DNA from: Fibrobacteria bacterium
GTDB taxonomy: Bacteria > Fibrobacterota > Chitinivibrionia > Chitinivibrionales > FEN-1185
DNA: 30,025 bases
Direction of reading: 5' to 3'
NCBI GenBank assembly: GCA_037447435.1
Contig: JBBIGR010000053.1
Coordinates: forward strand, 1-30,025
How positions within the stretch are numbered: position 1 is the first letter of the stretch; the number at the start of each line of letters is the position of its first letter. The position numbers were made by a program, and so were the translations under genes. Below the pieces are notes generated by a model. The model was not told the DNA's origin and did no database searches. It saw only the letters and a list, made by a program, of their open reading frames with translations. Positions 17,204-26,824 of the stretch are shown here, one piece after another.

Positions 17204-18241
17204 TTACCCGACGATAAGAGACTTTTCTTTTTTAGCAATAACCCTTCCAATGATTTCGGCGGATTGATACCCGCGGTCGATAAGATTGCATTTGCACTCG
17301 TCGGCCTTCCATTCGTCGATGCACATGAGCAGGCCGCCCGACGTTTGCGCATCGCAACAAATCATTTTCATCGTATAATCGATGTCCTTTGCAAATTCGC
17401 AATCCTTTTCCACGAATTCGAGATTTCTGAATGCCGCGCCGGGAATACATCCTGATTCGGCTAATTCATACGCGCCACTCAGAACCGGAATATCTGAACT
17501 TTCGATGCGTATCGTGACTTTTGAAGCTTGCGCCATTTTCAATGCATGGCCCAATAATGAAAATCCGGTAATATCCGTTGCCGCTTTCACTCCGAATACC
17601 TGCATTATTTCCGCTCCGGCTTTATTCAGGCGTTTCATTGAATCAAGGCAGGTCGCATAATCGGCATCCAACACTTCCCCGAGTCGTTTACCGGCAATAA
17701 TAATACCGCACCCGAGGGGCTTTGCCAATAGTAAAACATTGCCGACTTTGGCCTTGTCGTTGGTGATGATTTTATCCGGATGGACCGTTCCGGTTACCGC
17801 AAGTCCGTATTTGGGAGGGAAATCGTCGATAGTGTGGCCCCCGGCCACGACCGCGCCGGCTTCCTCGATTTTTTGCAATCCGCCTTTTAAAATTTCCTTG
17901 AGAACCTCCAAGGGGATTTTTTCAGAGGGAAACATGCACAAATTTAAAACCGCTATGGCCTTACCGCCCATGGCATAAACGTCCGACAATGCGTTTGCGG
18001 CCGCGATCTGGCCGAATTCAAAGGGGTTTGAGCACATCGGCGGAAAAAAATCCGTGGTGAGAATGATCGCCGTGTTTTCGGATATTTTATACACGCCCGC
18101 ATCGTCGTGAGTGTCGATGCCGACGAGCAAATTCTCGTTTGTTAGTTTCGGCAATCCCGAAAGCGCCGCCGATAATTTTTCGGCCGAAAGTTTTGCGGAA
18201 CAGCCGCCGTACTCTACCGTCGAAAGAAGGTCGAAGTCCAT
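17204..18241 (-). CDS. selD: Selenide, water dikinase (Cys form)
   Basis: GGCSAK, DDAGVY, TTDFFPP, AAANALSDVYAMGG, GGHTI, ATDITGFSLLGH, DAQTSGGLL. Confidence 0.96.
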   Translation of the reverse strand: MDFDLLSTVEYGGCSAKLSAEKLSAALSGLPKLTNENLLVGIDTHDDAGVYKISENTAIILTTDFFPPMCSNPFEFGQIAAANALSDVYAMGGKAIAVLNLCMFPSEKIPLEVLKEILKGGLQKIEEAGAVVAGGHTIDDFPPKYGLAVTGTVHPDKIITNDKAKVGNVLLLAKPLGCGIIIAGKRLGEVLDADYATCLDSMKRLNKAGAEIMQVFGVKAATDITGFSLLGHALKMAQASKVTIRIESSDIPVLSGAYELAESGCIPGAAFRNLEFVEKDCEFAKDIDYTMKMICCDAQTSGGLLMCIDEWKADECKCNLIDRGYQSAEIIGRVIAKKEKSLIVG

Positions 18242-18360
18242 AGTATACTGTATCCTATTTGGTCATAAGAACGTGATGCGAACAATGGCATAGACAAAGC
18301 CGATCCGAAAATTATATGATCAACAGGGAATGCATTTCATGAATTCACAAGGAACGTTTC

Positions 18361-18768
18361 ATGAATAAAATCGGCCTCATGGTTATTCTCTGCGCAATAA
18401 CCTCTGTTTTTGCCTGGAAAAAGGAGACGCATTTCATCAGTTTGCCGCTTATCGAAGGGGCCGGATTGTACTCGTCAATCATGCTGACCAGGGAATCGGG
18501 ATCGCCATCGACAACTATTCCGGCGTATTCAACCATGACCTTACTTTGCATGAATGCCGCAGTGGGCGGTTTTACCGCGCTCGGTCCTCAGGAATATTAT
18601 CCCACGTTTCGCGCAATTCACCGCTATGTGGGGTTCGCCGTAACGGCGGTCGGGCTATGGATGAGCATCGCAGCCGCTAACGACAAAGACATAAGGCCCC
18701 TTGAACGCAACGTTTCATATGCGTATACGGGGCTTACGGTCGTGCCCCTCATCCTATTTTCATTTTAA
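18361..18768 (+). CDS. Hypothetical exported/membrane protein
   Basis: Signal-peptide-like N-terminus, hydrophobic segments, AAGGA RBS; fills the gap between selD and the ferritin-like gene. Confidence 0.6.
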   Translation: MNKIGLMVILCAITSVFAWKKETHFISLPLIEGAGLYSSIMLTRESGSPSTTIPAYSTMTLLCMNAAVGGFTALGPQEYYPTFRAIHRYVGFAVTAVGLWMSIAAANDKDIRPLERNVSYAYTGLTVVPLILFSF

Positions 18769-19250
18769 TCATCCGCCAAGTGATTGAATTCGGCCGTTTC
18801 CAAAAAAACGTTCGGCTCATTTACAAATTCGATCAGATGTTCCAAGAGATGTTCATGTCTTTCTTCTTCGGTAATGAGAAACGACAACGTTTTTTTATCC
18901 TGTTCCGAAGTCGATTTCGCAAACATGTCCTCATACATTTTTATGCTTTTGCGTTCCATTTCCAATGCGCGCATATACGCGGCAGTATAATCGTAAAACA
19001 TTTCAGGCAGCGCAAAATGGGAAGATAATTGGCTGAACATTTTTTTCGCTTCGCTCGACGACGTGCCCGGAATCGTGGAAACGGGAGTTTTGTTTTGCAT
19101 GGCCGTGAAAATGTCGTAATGAAGCTGTTCTTCTTTGGCAAGAAACTGGAACACGCCGGCAAGCGACGGTTCGGGCGATTCCTTCGCGAGTTTCAGATAA
19201 TATTCTTTTCCTTCTTTTTCGATATTTTTGGCAATTTCAAAGATGTCCAT
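18765..19250 (-). CDS. Ferritin-like (rubrerythrin-domain) di-iron protein
   Basis: A..IEKEG..YY, LAKEEQLH, ALEMERKS..MY, LITEEERH (two ExxH motifs). Confidence 0.85.
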   Translation of the reverse strand: MDIFEIAKNIEKEGKEYYLKLAKESPEPSLAGVFQFLAKEEQLHYDIFTAMQNKTPVSTIPGTSSSEAKKMFSQLSSHFALPEMFYDYTAAYMRALEMERKSIKMYEDMFAKSTSEQDKKTLSFLITEEERHEHLLEHLIEFVNEPNVFLETAEFNHLADD

Positions 19251-19259
19251 ACGTGCTCC

Positions 19260-19805
19260 TTATAAGGTGATTGATGTTGACGCGTCATTTGAATGTTTTT
19301 TGCGAATATCGTTGGTCGATCCGCACGAGAAAATGACCTTGATTTTTTGGCCTTTCACGAGTTTCGTGTCTTTTGGGTCTTTACTGTCAAGCGGAATGGT
19401 AAATGTCATCGTCGTAATGCCGTTTTCCTGTTTTACATCCCCCGACAATATGTCGTATTTCCCGCCTATCAACGTGTCCGGCTTGTGGGCATACAATTCC
19501 ACGCCGTAATCGTCGGAAATGAGGGGCTTGCCGTTTTCTATGGTCCCGATGATGATGTTGGCATTCAACATAATTGCTTTCGGCGCAAACCCCATAGCGA
19601 TCCAGCCGTTTGTTTTTGCCCATACCTTGGCCGAGAACGTCGAATCGGTTGTCCAATAGGTGCAATTGAATTTTCCAGCTTGCACGGTAACTCCCGGATT
19701 TGCCGGAGACGCGGTACGAGGCGAAGCACTGGGCAGATCGGCTGCGGAAACCGACATCGTGGGGCACAAGAGCGCAAATATTGTCAAAAAAGAAATTGTT
19801 TTCAT
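19260..19805 (-). CDS. Secreted DOMON-domain protein
   Basis: Signal peptide; TNGWIAMGF.P...M..ANIIIG, DDYG...HKPD...GG, TMTFTIPLDS.D..D, C-terminal KKH. Confidence 0.8.
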   Translation of the reverse strand: MKTISFLTIFALLCPTMSVSAADLPSASPRTASPANPGVTVQAGKFNCTYWTTDSTFSAKVWAKTNGWIAMGFAPKAIMLNANIIIGTIENGKPLISDDYGVELYAHKPDTLIGGKYDILSGDVKQENGITTMTFTIPLDSKDPKDTKLVKGQKIKVIFSCGSTNDIRKKHSNDASTSITL

Positions 19806-19810
19806 TGTAA

Positions 19811-20362
19811 TTATGCCGCTCCCTTGGCTTTCAACGCAGCCTCGACGCCTTTGGAATAATCGGTTGGAACAGCGACTATCCTGGCGGCCAGATCCTTGTC
19901 CAACAGGAATAAGGCGGCAGTATCGTTGCCGATAAGTTTAAGTTGTGCGATGATATCGTTGTCGTTTTCCTCTTCCTCCGTTTGTTCCGAAACATACCAT
20001 TGCAGGAAAACTTCCGATGCGTGGTCCTTTTCCTTTTTAGCAAGTTCGACGAGGTCGCCGATGCATTGTGTTATGAATTGTTCATGGGCCAAGGTTTTTT
20101 CAAACATATCCATAGGAGAGCTGAATTCCGATGGCGGCTCCTTGATGCCGTAAAGCACGACTTTTCCGCCCATTTTTATGACATATTCATAGAATTTCAT
20201 TGCGTGCAGCATTTCTTCATGGTACTGGACCATGAACCAGTTTGCAAATCCTTTAAGCCCCTTGAACGAACAATCGGCTGCCATGGCGCTATACAAATAG
20301 GCCGAATAAATTTCATTGTTGATCTGGGTATTGAGAGCGGTTTCCATCTTCTTGTTAATCAT
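19811..20362 (-). CDS. ftnA: Non-heme ferritin
   Basis: LNTQINNEIYSAYLY, GFANWF.VQYHEEMLHAMKF, HEQFIT, FLQWYVSEQTEEE. Confidence 0.93.
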   Translation of the reverse strand: MINKKMETALNTQINNEIYSAYLYSAMAADCSFKGLKGFANWFMVQYHEEMLHAMKFYEYVIKMGGKVVLYGIKEPPSEFSSPMDMFEKTLAHEQFITQCIGDLVELAKKEKDHASEVFLQWYVSEQTEEEENDNDIIAQLKLIGNDTAALFLLDKDLAARIVAVPTDYSKGVEAALKAKGAA

Positions 20363-20610
20363 ACGCGTACCCCTTTATGGAATGGTTTTTTGTCGAATTA
20401 TTAAATTTGTTGTAAGAAAGTAATATAAATAAAATCCAAAATGATCTTTCTTTGAATATGAAAAATGATTTTTGCAGGAAAAAAGCCATGGTTTGATAAC
20501 AATCGGCGAGGGGTGGATACTTTTAGGGTGGTTCGCACGTATATTTCAAATCTGTGTGTGTTGCGCCGCGGCGTAATTTCTTCCAAACCGTTTTTTTTAT
20601 GGAGAAAATT

Positions 20611-21036
20611 ATGAAGATGACCGTATTGTGCTTGGTTTCAGTATTTATGGTTTTGCTGGGATGTTCAAAACAAAAGGCAGCCCAAACTGCAGATGCCATT
20701 GAATCCGTTATTACCTATGCCGGCGTTACGACGAGAATCGAGGCGGCCAAAGATTCTTTGATTGCTTTCGATTTGTATGCCGATTGGTGCGGCCCATGCA
20801 GGATTCTTTCTCCAACAATAGAAGAAATTGCCAAGGAAAATAAAAACAAAGTGACGTTTTACCGGGTGAATATCGATAATGTACCTCAAGCTGCCCAGCT
20901 TTTCGGCATCCGCGGAATACCTTATGTTGTTTTTATGAAAAATAAAAATGTGGTCGCCGCTTTTACAGGTATACAACAAAAGGAAGAGTATGTGAAAATT
21001 ATTGCCGCAAACGGCATTGTTCCCAATCGGCTGTAA
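20611..21036 (+). CDS. Thioredoxin-family lipoprotein (WCGPC)
   Basis: DLYADWCGPCR, IRGIP; lipobox LLGC; start follows a GGAG RBS. Confidence 0.85.
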   Translation: MKMTVLCLVSVFMVLLGCSKQKAAQTADAIESVITYAGVTTRIEAAKDSLIAFDLYADWCGPCRILSPTIEEIAKENKNKVTFYRVNIDNVPQAAQLFGIRGIPYVVFMKNKNVVAAFTGIQQKEEYVKIIAANGIVPNRL

Positions 21037-21179
21037 TTTATAAAAATTATTCTGAGCACCAAGATTTATCCTCTTTCTCTTCTATTATTGCATATCGTTG
21101 GTTTCTTACGATTATTTCAAGTATTTTTATACGCTTGCATTGACTGCGTTCATAAATTTTCATACAGGAGAAAAGATTC

Positions 21180-22655
21180 GTGGAATCACCAGCGCCCGTA
21201 ACCGATCAAAGAGACGTTCGTATTGAAAAAATCAAAATGCTGCGCCAAGCAGGAGTATTGCCGTTTGCCGAACGTTTTGAGAAAAGCCATTTTCTTAATG
21301 CTGCAAAAGAATTACCCGACGGAACCAAAGCGGTCCGGGCTGCCGGACGGATCGTGGCGATTCGCGGTTTTGGAAAACTGACTTTCTGCCAGTTACTCGA
21401 TTATTCGGGGACTATGCAGTTTGCATTGCAAAAAAACAAGCTGGCCGAATCTTTTGATTTGTTTATGAAAACCGTTGATATGGGAGATTTCGTCGGCGTT
21501 GAAGGCGAAATCATCACCACGCGTACGGGCGAAAAAACCATAGACGTGTCTTCATGGACGTTTTTATCCAAATCGCTGAGGCCCTTGCCTGAAAAGTTTC
21601 ACGGTCTCACGGATCAGGAACAGGTATATCGTAAGCGCTACCTCGATTTGATCACGGAGCCAAGCCACATGGAACGGTTTAAAAAACGCGTGCAAATAAT
21701 CAGGACCATACGCGACTTTCTTGATAAAAATGAATTTGTCGAAATAGATACGCCGGTTCTTACAAATAAAGCCTGCGGCGCGCTTGCACGCCCGTTCATC
21801 ACCCATCACAATGCGCTGGACATCGACATTTATTTGCGAATTGCCCCGGAAACGTATTTGAAACGTGCCATTGCCGGCGGCTTTGAACGCGTGTATGAAT
21901 TTGCCCGCAGTTTCCGCAACGAAGGCATCGATGCGTCTCATTTGCCCGATTTTACCTTGCTCGAATACTATGCCGCATATTGGAACTATATAGACAACAT
22001 GAATTTTACCGAGCAGCTGTTCAAGCATCTGCTCACAACCGTATGCGGCGGCCTCACGATTACCTATGAGAATACAACGATTTCCTTTGAAGGGAACTGG
22101 CCGAGGATTTCCTTTAGGGACCTCATTCTTCGCGATTGCGGCATCGATATCGATAGGTTCGAGACAAAAGACGGACTTCTTGCCGAGATAAAAAACAAGG
22201 GTATAACCATTGAAACCGATGTGGATATGAAAAAAACAGGCCGGGGAACGCTCATCGACCTATTGTATAAAAAAGTATCCAGGCCGGCCCTTATCAATCC
22301 GATTTTTGTGACGCATCATCCGCTCGACTTATCGCCGCTTGCTCGAAAAAACGACACGAACCCGCTTGTCGTTGACCGTTTCCAGCTTGTCGTCAACGGT
22401 TGGGAGGTCGTCAACGCCTATTCCGAGCTTGTAGACCCTGTTGATCAGGCGGAACGTTTCGAAGTACAGGCCAAGGCGCGGGCGCAAGGCGATATGGACG
22501 CGATGGAAGTCGACAACGATTTTCTGCTCTGCATGGAACACGGCATGCCGCCGATTTCCGGATGGGGAATGGGCATAGACCGCATTGTCGCGCTTTTGAC
22601 AAATGCATCGAATCTCAGGGACGTTATCCTGTTTCCGCTCATGCGACCGGAGTAA
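21180..22655 (+). CDS. lysS: Lysine--tRNA ligase (class II)
   Basis: GKLTF, LRPLPEKFHGL, YRKRYLDL, LRIAPETYLKR..GGFERVYE, FRNEGID..H, NAYSEL.DP, GMGIDR, DVILFP. Confidence 0.97.
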   Translation: MESPAPVTDQRDVRIEKIKMLRQAGVLPFAERFEKSHFLNAAKELPDGTKAVRAAGRIVAIRGFGKLTFCQLLDYSGTMQFALQKNKLAESFDLFMKTVDMGDFVGVEGEIITTRTGEKTIDVSSWTFLSKSLRPLPEKFHGLTDQEQVYRKRYLDLITEPSHMERFKKRVQIIRTIRDFLDKNEFVEIDTPVLTNKACGALARPFITHHNALDIDIYLRIAPETYLKRAIAGGFERVYEFARSFRNEGIDASHLPDFTLLEYYAAYWNYIDNMNFTEQLFKHLLTTVCGGLTITYENTTISFEGNWPRISFRDLILRDCGIDIDRFETKDGLLAEIKNKGITIETDVDMKKTGRGTLIDLLYKKVSRPALINPIFVTHHPLDLSPLARKNDTNPLVVDRFQLVVNGWEVVNAYSELVDPVDQAERFEVQAKARAQGDMDAMEVDNDFLLCMEHGMPPISGWGMGIDRIVALLTNASNLRDVILFPLMRPE

Positions 22656-22657
22656 TC

Positions 22658-23905
22658 ATGGCACGTACCATGGAACTGTTCGTTGCCCTGCGGTATTTGC
22701 GGGGCAAACGAAGCATGGGAATCGTTTCGCTCATTACCTACATTTCCGCTGCGGGCGTATTTCTGGGAGCGCTCGTATTGGTCGTCGCATTATCCATTGC
22801 CAATGGTTTTGAAAAAGAGGTACGAGATCGGATCGTCGGAACCACGGCACACGCAAAAATTATGCAATACTTTTCCAGGCCCATCGTTTCTTACGATTCG
22901 TTGCGGACCCGTGTCCTCAAATGTCCCGGCGTATTGGGGGCAACTCCCTATATCATGGAAAAGGGCGGCATAGAGTGCGATGAGGTCAAAGAGGGGGTCA
23001 TGATCATGGGTGTTGCCGCAGCTTCCGAAACCACAGTCACCGATATCGGCAGAAAAATCGTTTTCGGTTCGTTTGCATTGGATTCTGCAAAGTCAACAAA
23101 AGACCGCAAGTTGCCGGGGATTGTCATCGGCATCGGAATGGCCGACAAAATGGGGGTTCGTCCGGGTGCCGAGGTCATCGTCGGCGGTCTCACTGCCGAG
23201 GCGGCAAACGGAGAAATCACCTCTGTTCCCATGGCCCGGTACGTCATCAGGGGTATTTTTGAAACCGGGATGTACGAATACGATTTGAACCTGGTGTATT
23301 TATCCTTGGAATCGTGCAGATCGTTGTTTTCCCTCAAAGGAGTCGAGGGTATTGCGATACGAACCGCGGATCTTTACAATGCCGATATCATCGCACGCGC
23401 TGTCAAGGATTCGCTCGGTGGATATCCCTATAGGTCAATAGACTGGAAAACGCAAAACAAGTCGCTTTTCGATTGGATGCGGTTGGAACGCATCGTCATA
23501 TTCATAGTCATTTCGCTCATTATCATCGTGGCCGCATTCAACATCATTTCTTCGCTTATTATGATGATTCTCGAAAAACGCCGCGAAATCGGAATTCTCA
23601 TGAGTATGGGAGCTTCTCGAGCTTCGATTATGCGGATTTTCATGTTCAATGGCATCGTTATCGGCGTTTTGGGTTCGACATTGGGAGTTTTATGCGGAGT
23701 TGCTTTATGTTATTTGCAATACCGGTATCGTTTCATTCCGCTGCCGGGCGATATTTATTTCATCGATACCGTGCCGGTGCTCATTCGCTGGATCGATGTG
23801 GTGGTGATTTACATTTCGGCAAATATTCTTTGTTTTGTGGCAACGCTGTATCCGGCATATAGTGCGTCCCGTATTTTGCCTGCCGAAAGCATACGGATAG
23901 AATAA
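22658..23905 (+). CDS. lolE: Lipoprotein-releasing ABC transporter permease LolC/E
   Basis: FVALRYLR, GIFETGMYEYD, VAAFNIISSL.M...EKRREIGIL.SMGA, IYFID..P, ATLYPA. Confidence 0.9.
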   Translation: MARTMELFVALRYLRGKRSMGIVSLITYISAAGVFLGALVLVVALSIANGFEKEVRDRIVGTTAHAKIMQYFSRPIVSYDSLRTRVLKCPGVLGATPYIMEKGGIECDEVKEGVMIMGVAAASETTVTDIGRKIVFGSFALDSAKSTKDRKLPGIVIGIGMADKMGVRPGAEVIVGGLTAEAANGEITSVPMARYVIRGIFETGMYEYDLNLVYLSLESCRSLFSLKGVEGIAIRTADLYNADIIARAVKDSLGGYPYRSIDWKTQNKSLFDWMRLERIVIFIVISLIIIVAAFNIISSLIMMILEKRREIGILMSMGASRASIMRIFMFNGIVIGVLGSTLGVLCGVALCYLQYRYRFIPLPGDIYFIDTVPVLIRWIDVVVIYISANILCFVATLYPAYSASRILPAESIRIE

Positions 23906-23906
23906 G

Positions 23907-24584
23907 GTGGCAACGTCAATGGTCGATGTTTCGAACCTCACAAAAACATATATCGACGATGAAGGCGCCTTTGACGTCATCAAAGACACGACGTTCAAGA
24001 TAGACAAAGGTGAAATGGTGTCCCTTATCGGCGTTTCCGGTGCGGGAAAAACAACGCTGCTGCAATTATTGGGAGGGCTCGATAGGCCTACTGCGGGTAT
24101 CGTTCGGATTGCCGGAAAAGACATCGGCAAATTATCCAGCGCTCAACTGGCCTGTTTTCGGAATGTTTCAATCGGGTTCGTGTTCCAATTCCACCATTTA
24201 TTACCCGATTTTACCGCGCTTGAAAATGTGATTATCCCCGGCATGATTTTGGGAAAAACAAAGCAGCAATGCCTTACAAGAGGTAAGGAGCTTTTGGGCC
24301 TTTTGGGACTGAATCGCCAGGCATCGCATTTTCCGGCCGAGCTTTCCGGCGGCGAACGCCAAAGAGTGGCCCTGGCGCGAGCCTTATTCAATGAACCGGC
24401 GCTCATCCTTGCCGACGAGCCAACCGGAAACCTCGATAAGGAAAACGGGAAAACCCTTTTGGAATTGTTTCAGAAAACCAATAAAGAACTTCATCAGACG
24501 TATCTTGTTGCGACTCATAATCCGGAATTATCCGACGGCATGCACCGGGCGATTCACATTGCTCATGGAACGGTGTTGCCCTAG
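23907..24584 (+). CDS. lolD: Lipoprotein-releasing ABC transporter ATP-binding protein
   Basis: GVSGAGKTT, GFVFQFHHLLPDFTALENV, LSGGERQRVALARAL, LADEPTGNLD. Confidence 0.93.
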   Translation: MATSMVDVSNLTKTYIDDEGAFDVIKDTTFKIDKGEMVSLIGVSGAGKTTLLQLLGGLDRPTAGIVRIAGKDIGKLSSAQLACFRNVSIGFVFQFHHLLPDFTALENVIIPGMILGKTKQQCLTRGKELLGLLGLNRQASHFPAELSGGERQRVALARALFNEPALILADEPTGNLDKENGKTLLELFQKTNKELHQTYLVATHNPELSDGMHRAIHIAHGTVLP

Positions 24585-24615
24585 TAAAGAACTTTTGGGA
24601 AAGAAAAATTGCTTT

Positions 24616-25068
24616 ATGGAAATGTGTGAACAGTGCGGGAAACAGGCCGCAACGGTCCATTTGACCAGGATTGCCAATGAGGGCACGAAGGTATCGCATT
24701 TTTGCCAGGACTGTGCCGCGTCACAAGGGTTATCCGCTCAACAGGACATTCAACAGGATTTGCGCGAATGCAGGCATTGCCATATGAAGTTTTCCGAATT
24801 TGCAATCAGCGGGCGGCTTGGCTGTCCCGCCTGCTATCTTGAATTCGAAAAGGAAATCGATGCCATGTTTGTGCAAATGCATGGCGCAAAAAACCATAAA
24901 GGCAAGGCTTATTCCGAGCATTCCGAAGGATCGCTGGGTACAGCCGATATTCAAAGCCTTACCAAGGAGCTTGCCGAAGCAGTTAAACGGGAAGAGTTCG
25001 AGCTTGCGGCGCTTATTCGGGACAAAATCCGTCAACGTTCGGATCACGCTAAGATCGACCGTACCTAA
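24616..25068 (+). CDS. mcsA: McsA-like protein arginine kinase activator (CxxC motifs, UVR domain)
   Basis: MCEQC...ATVHLT...FCQDCA, CRHC, GRLGCPACY..F, HKGK, EEFELAALIRDKI. Confidence 0.9.
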   Translation: MEMCEQCGKQAATVHLTRIANEGTKVSHFCQDCAASQGLSAQQDIQQDLRECRHCHMKFSEFAISGRLGCPACYLEFEKEIDAMFVQMHGAKNHKGKAYSEHSEGSLGTADIQSLTKELAEAVKREEFELAALIRDKIRQRSDHAKIDRT

Positions 25069-25085
25069 TAGAGCGGCAGTGGTTT

Positions 25086-26162
25086 ATGGTACAATCTATT
25101 TTGACGCATGCAATTCCTCCCTGGCTTTGTGCCGCAGGCCCGCATAGCGATATTGTCATTTCCAGCCGTATCCGCCTTGCGCGTAATCTTGCACATCATC
25201 AATTTCCGGCTCGGGCGTCGTTATACGAACGCAATGCGATTTTCAATGAAGTTTCCGAAGGTTTTTCCCGAGCCAACCCGGGCAATTCATTTAATGTCGT
25301 CAATTTCGGCAATCTTGACAAAAATCAAAGGGACTTCATGGTCGAAGAACGGCTCGCAAGTCCCGACCTTGCGACCTTCGACGGCGACAGGGGCGTCATT
25401 CATGACTCGGCACGTCGTATAAGCATTATGGTCAACGAAGAGGACCATATACGATTTCAATGCCTTGACTCCGGTTTGCAAACTCTGACGCTCTGGTCGG
25501 AAATCGACGGTATTGACGATGCGCTGGGAATGCAAATCGATTATGCCTTTGACAAGCGCCTTGGTTTTTTGACCTGTTGCCCTATCAATGCCGGAACCGG
25601 ACTTCGCATTTCTTTTCTCCTGCATCTACCGGGATGCGTTTTAACCCGGGCCATTGATGCCGTTCTTTGCGGAGCAGGTCAAATGGGCGTTTCAACCAGG
25701 GGCTTTTTTGGGGAACATTCTGCGATTTCCGGGGCCTTGTTTCAATTGTCAAACTCCGCGGCCATGGGCAATACGGAATCTGAATTTTGCGAAAGCACTC
25801 GCGCGGTTGTCGAGAGCATTGTCGATCACGAGCGTAAGGCGCGCGAAAAATTGCTTGCCAATGCGCGCCTTGAGTTGACGGACAAAATTTACCGGGCTTA
25901 CGGCATCCTTTGCAATGCATCGTTACTCAGCCTTGAAGAATTTTTTAACCTGACTTCTGCCATACGGCTCGGCATCGAATGCACGCTGTTCGATAAATGC
26001 ACGATTCATGAATTAAACCGTCTCACACTGTTCGTGTTGCCCGAGCATTTGCGCGTTTGCATGAAAAAAGAAATTCCCGAAAACGATATTCGCGCTCAAA
26101 GGGCCGAGCTGGTAAAACTTTTTTTCTCTAAACATTCAACCCCGCAATTTCCCCTTCGATAA
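25086..26162 (+). CDS. mcsB: Protein arginine kinase McsB (ATP:guanido phosphotransferase)
   Basis: SSRIRLARNL, IMVNEEDHIR, YAFDKRLGFLTCCPINAGTGLR, FQLSN, RAELV. Confidence 0.92.
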   Translation: MVQSILTHAIPPWLCAAGPHSDIVISSRIRLARNLAHHQFPARASLYERNAIFNEVSEGFSRANPGNSFNVVNFGNLDKNQRDFMVEERLASPDLATFDGDRGVIHDSARRISIMVNEEDHIRFQCLDSGLQTLTLWSEIDGIDDALGMQIDYAFDKRLGFLTCCPINAGTGLRISFLLHLPGCVLTRAIDAVLCGAGQMGVSTRGFFGEHSAISGALFQLSNSAAMGNTESEFCESTRAVVESIVDHERKAREKLLANARLELTDKIYRAYGILCNASLLSLEEFFNLTSAIRLGIECTLFDKCTIHELNRLTLFVLPEHLRVCMKKEIPENDIRAQRAELVKLFFSKHSTPQFPLR

Positions 26163-26224
26163 GTTTCGAAGGACCTGTTTCTGCGGGAAAAAGTGCAGAC
26201 ACTAAAACTCAGTGGATATTAACA

Positions 26225-26824
26225 ATGGAGACATTAGATTGCAAGGGAATGGTTTGCCCCAAGCCGCTTATACTGACGAAAAAAACGCTTTCCGCCACTA
26301 AGCCGGGAGACTCTTTTCTCGTCATAATCGACAATGACACTTCTCGGCAAAATGTAAAACGGTTTTGCCAAGACAATGGCTGTGATGTAGCTGAAGCACG
26401 GGAAAAAAACGATTATGTTTTGACAGTCACGAAAAGAAGTTCGATGCCTGGAGAAAAAGAATTCGCAGAGTATTGTTCGACTCCGCAACGCAAACACGTC
26501 ATTTGCTTTAAAAGCGATGCAATGGGCGTGGGGCCTGCCGAGCTCGGCACTATTTTAATGAAAGCCTTTATCAATACCATTAAAGAATGCAGTCCCCTTC
26601 CCGGTCATTGCGTATGTTATAACTCCGGCGTTACTCTTGCCGTGCAAGGTTCCCCTTTGGTGGAACCGCTTAAAGCCCTGGAAAATTGCGGGGTAAAAAT
26701 TCTAGTCTGCGGTACGTGTCTGGATTATTTTCAGATCAAAAATAAGCTTTCCGTTGGAACGGTTTCGAATATGTTTACAATCCTGGAAACCTTGAATGCT
26801 GCTTCTCATGTGATAACTCCCTAA
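26225..26824 (+). CDS. yedF: Sulfurtransferase-like selenium metabolism protein YedF (TusA-like plus DsrE-like domains)
   Basis: LDCKGMVCPKPLILTKK, DN..SRQNVKRF, ELGTILMKAF, YNSGV, ILVCGTCLDYF, VGTVSNM. Confidence 0.9.
   Translation: METLDCKGMVCPKPLILTKKTLSATKPGDSFLVIIDNDTSRQNVKRFCQDNGCDVAEAREKNDYVLTVTKRSSMPGEKEFAEYCSTPQRKHVICFKSDAMGVGPAELGTILMKAFINTIKECSPLPGHCVCYNSGVTLAVQGSPLVEPLKALENCGVKILVCGTCLDYFQIKNKLSVGTVSNMFTILETLNAASHVITP

Noticed and set aside
18190..18241. Selenocysteine in SelD
   Set aside because: The active-site codon is TGT (GGCSAK); no UGA readthrough is needed
19293..20404. Long plus-strand ORFs (188 aa, 153 aa) and the many similar shadow ORFs across the window
   Set aside because: They are antisense or off-frame to well-supported genes and show no motifs
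20455..20478. Fur/PerR box upstream of ferritin (AAAAAT-G-ATTTTT)
   Set aside because: Low-complexity AT palindrome with a weak match to the consensus
24391..24615. N-terminal extensions of McsA (also LolE from 22562, aldolase from 16047, thioredoxin from 20554, ORF6N from 2743)
   Set aside because: They overlap neighbours or intergenic DNA; family homology and RBS positions support the downstream starts
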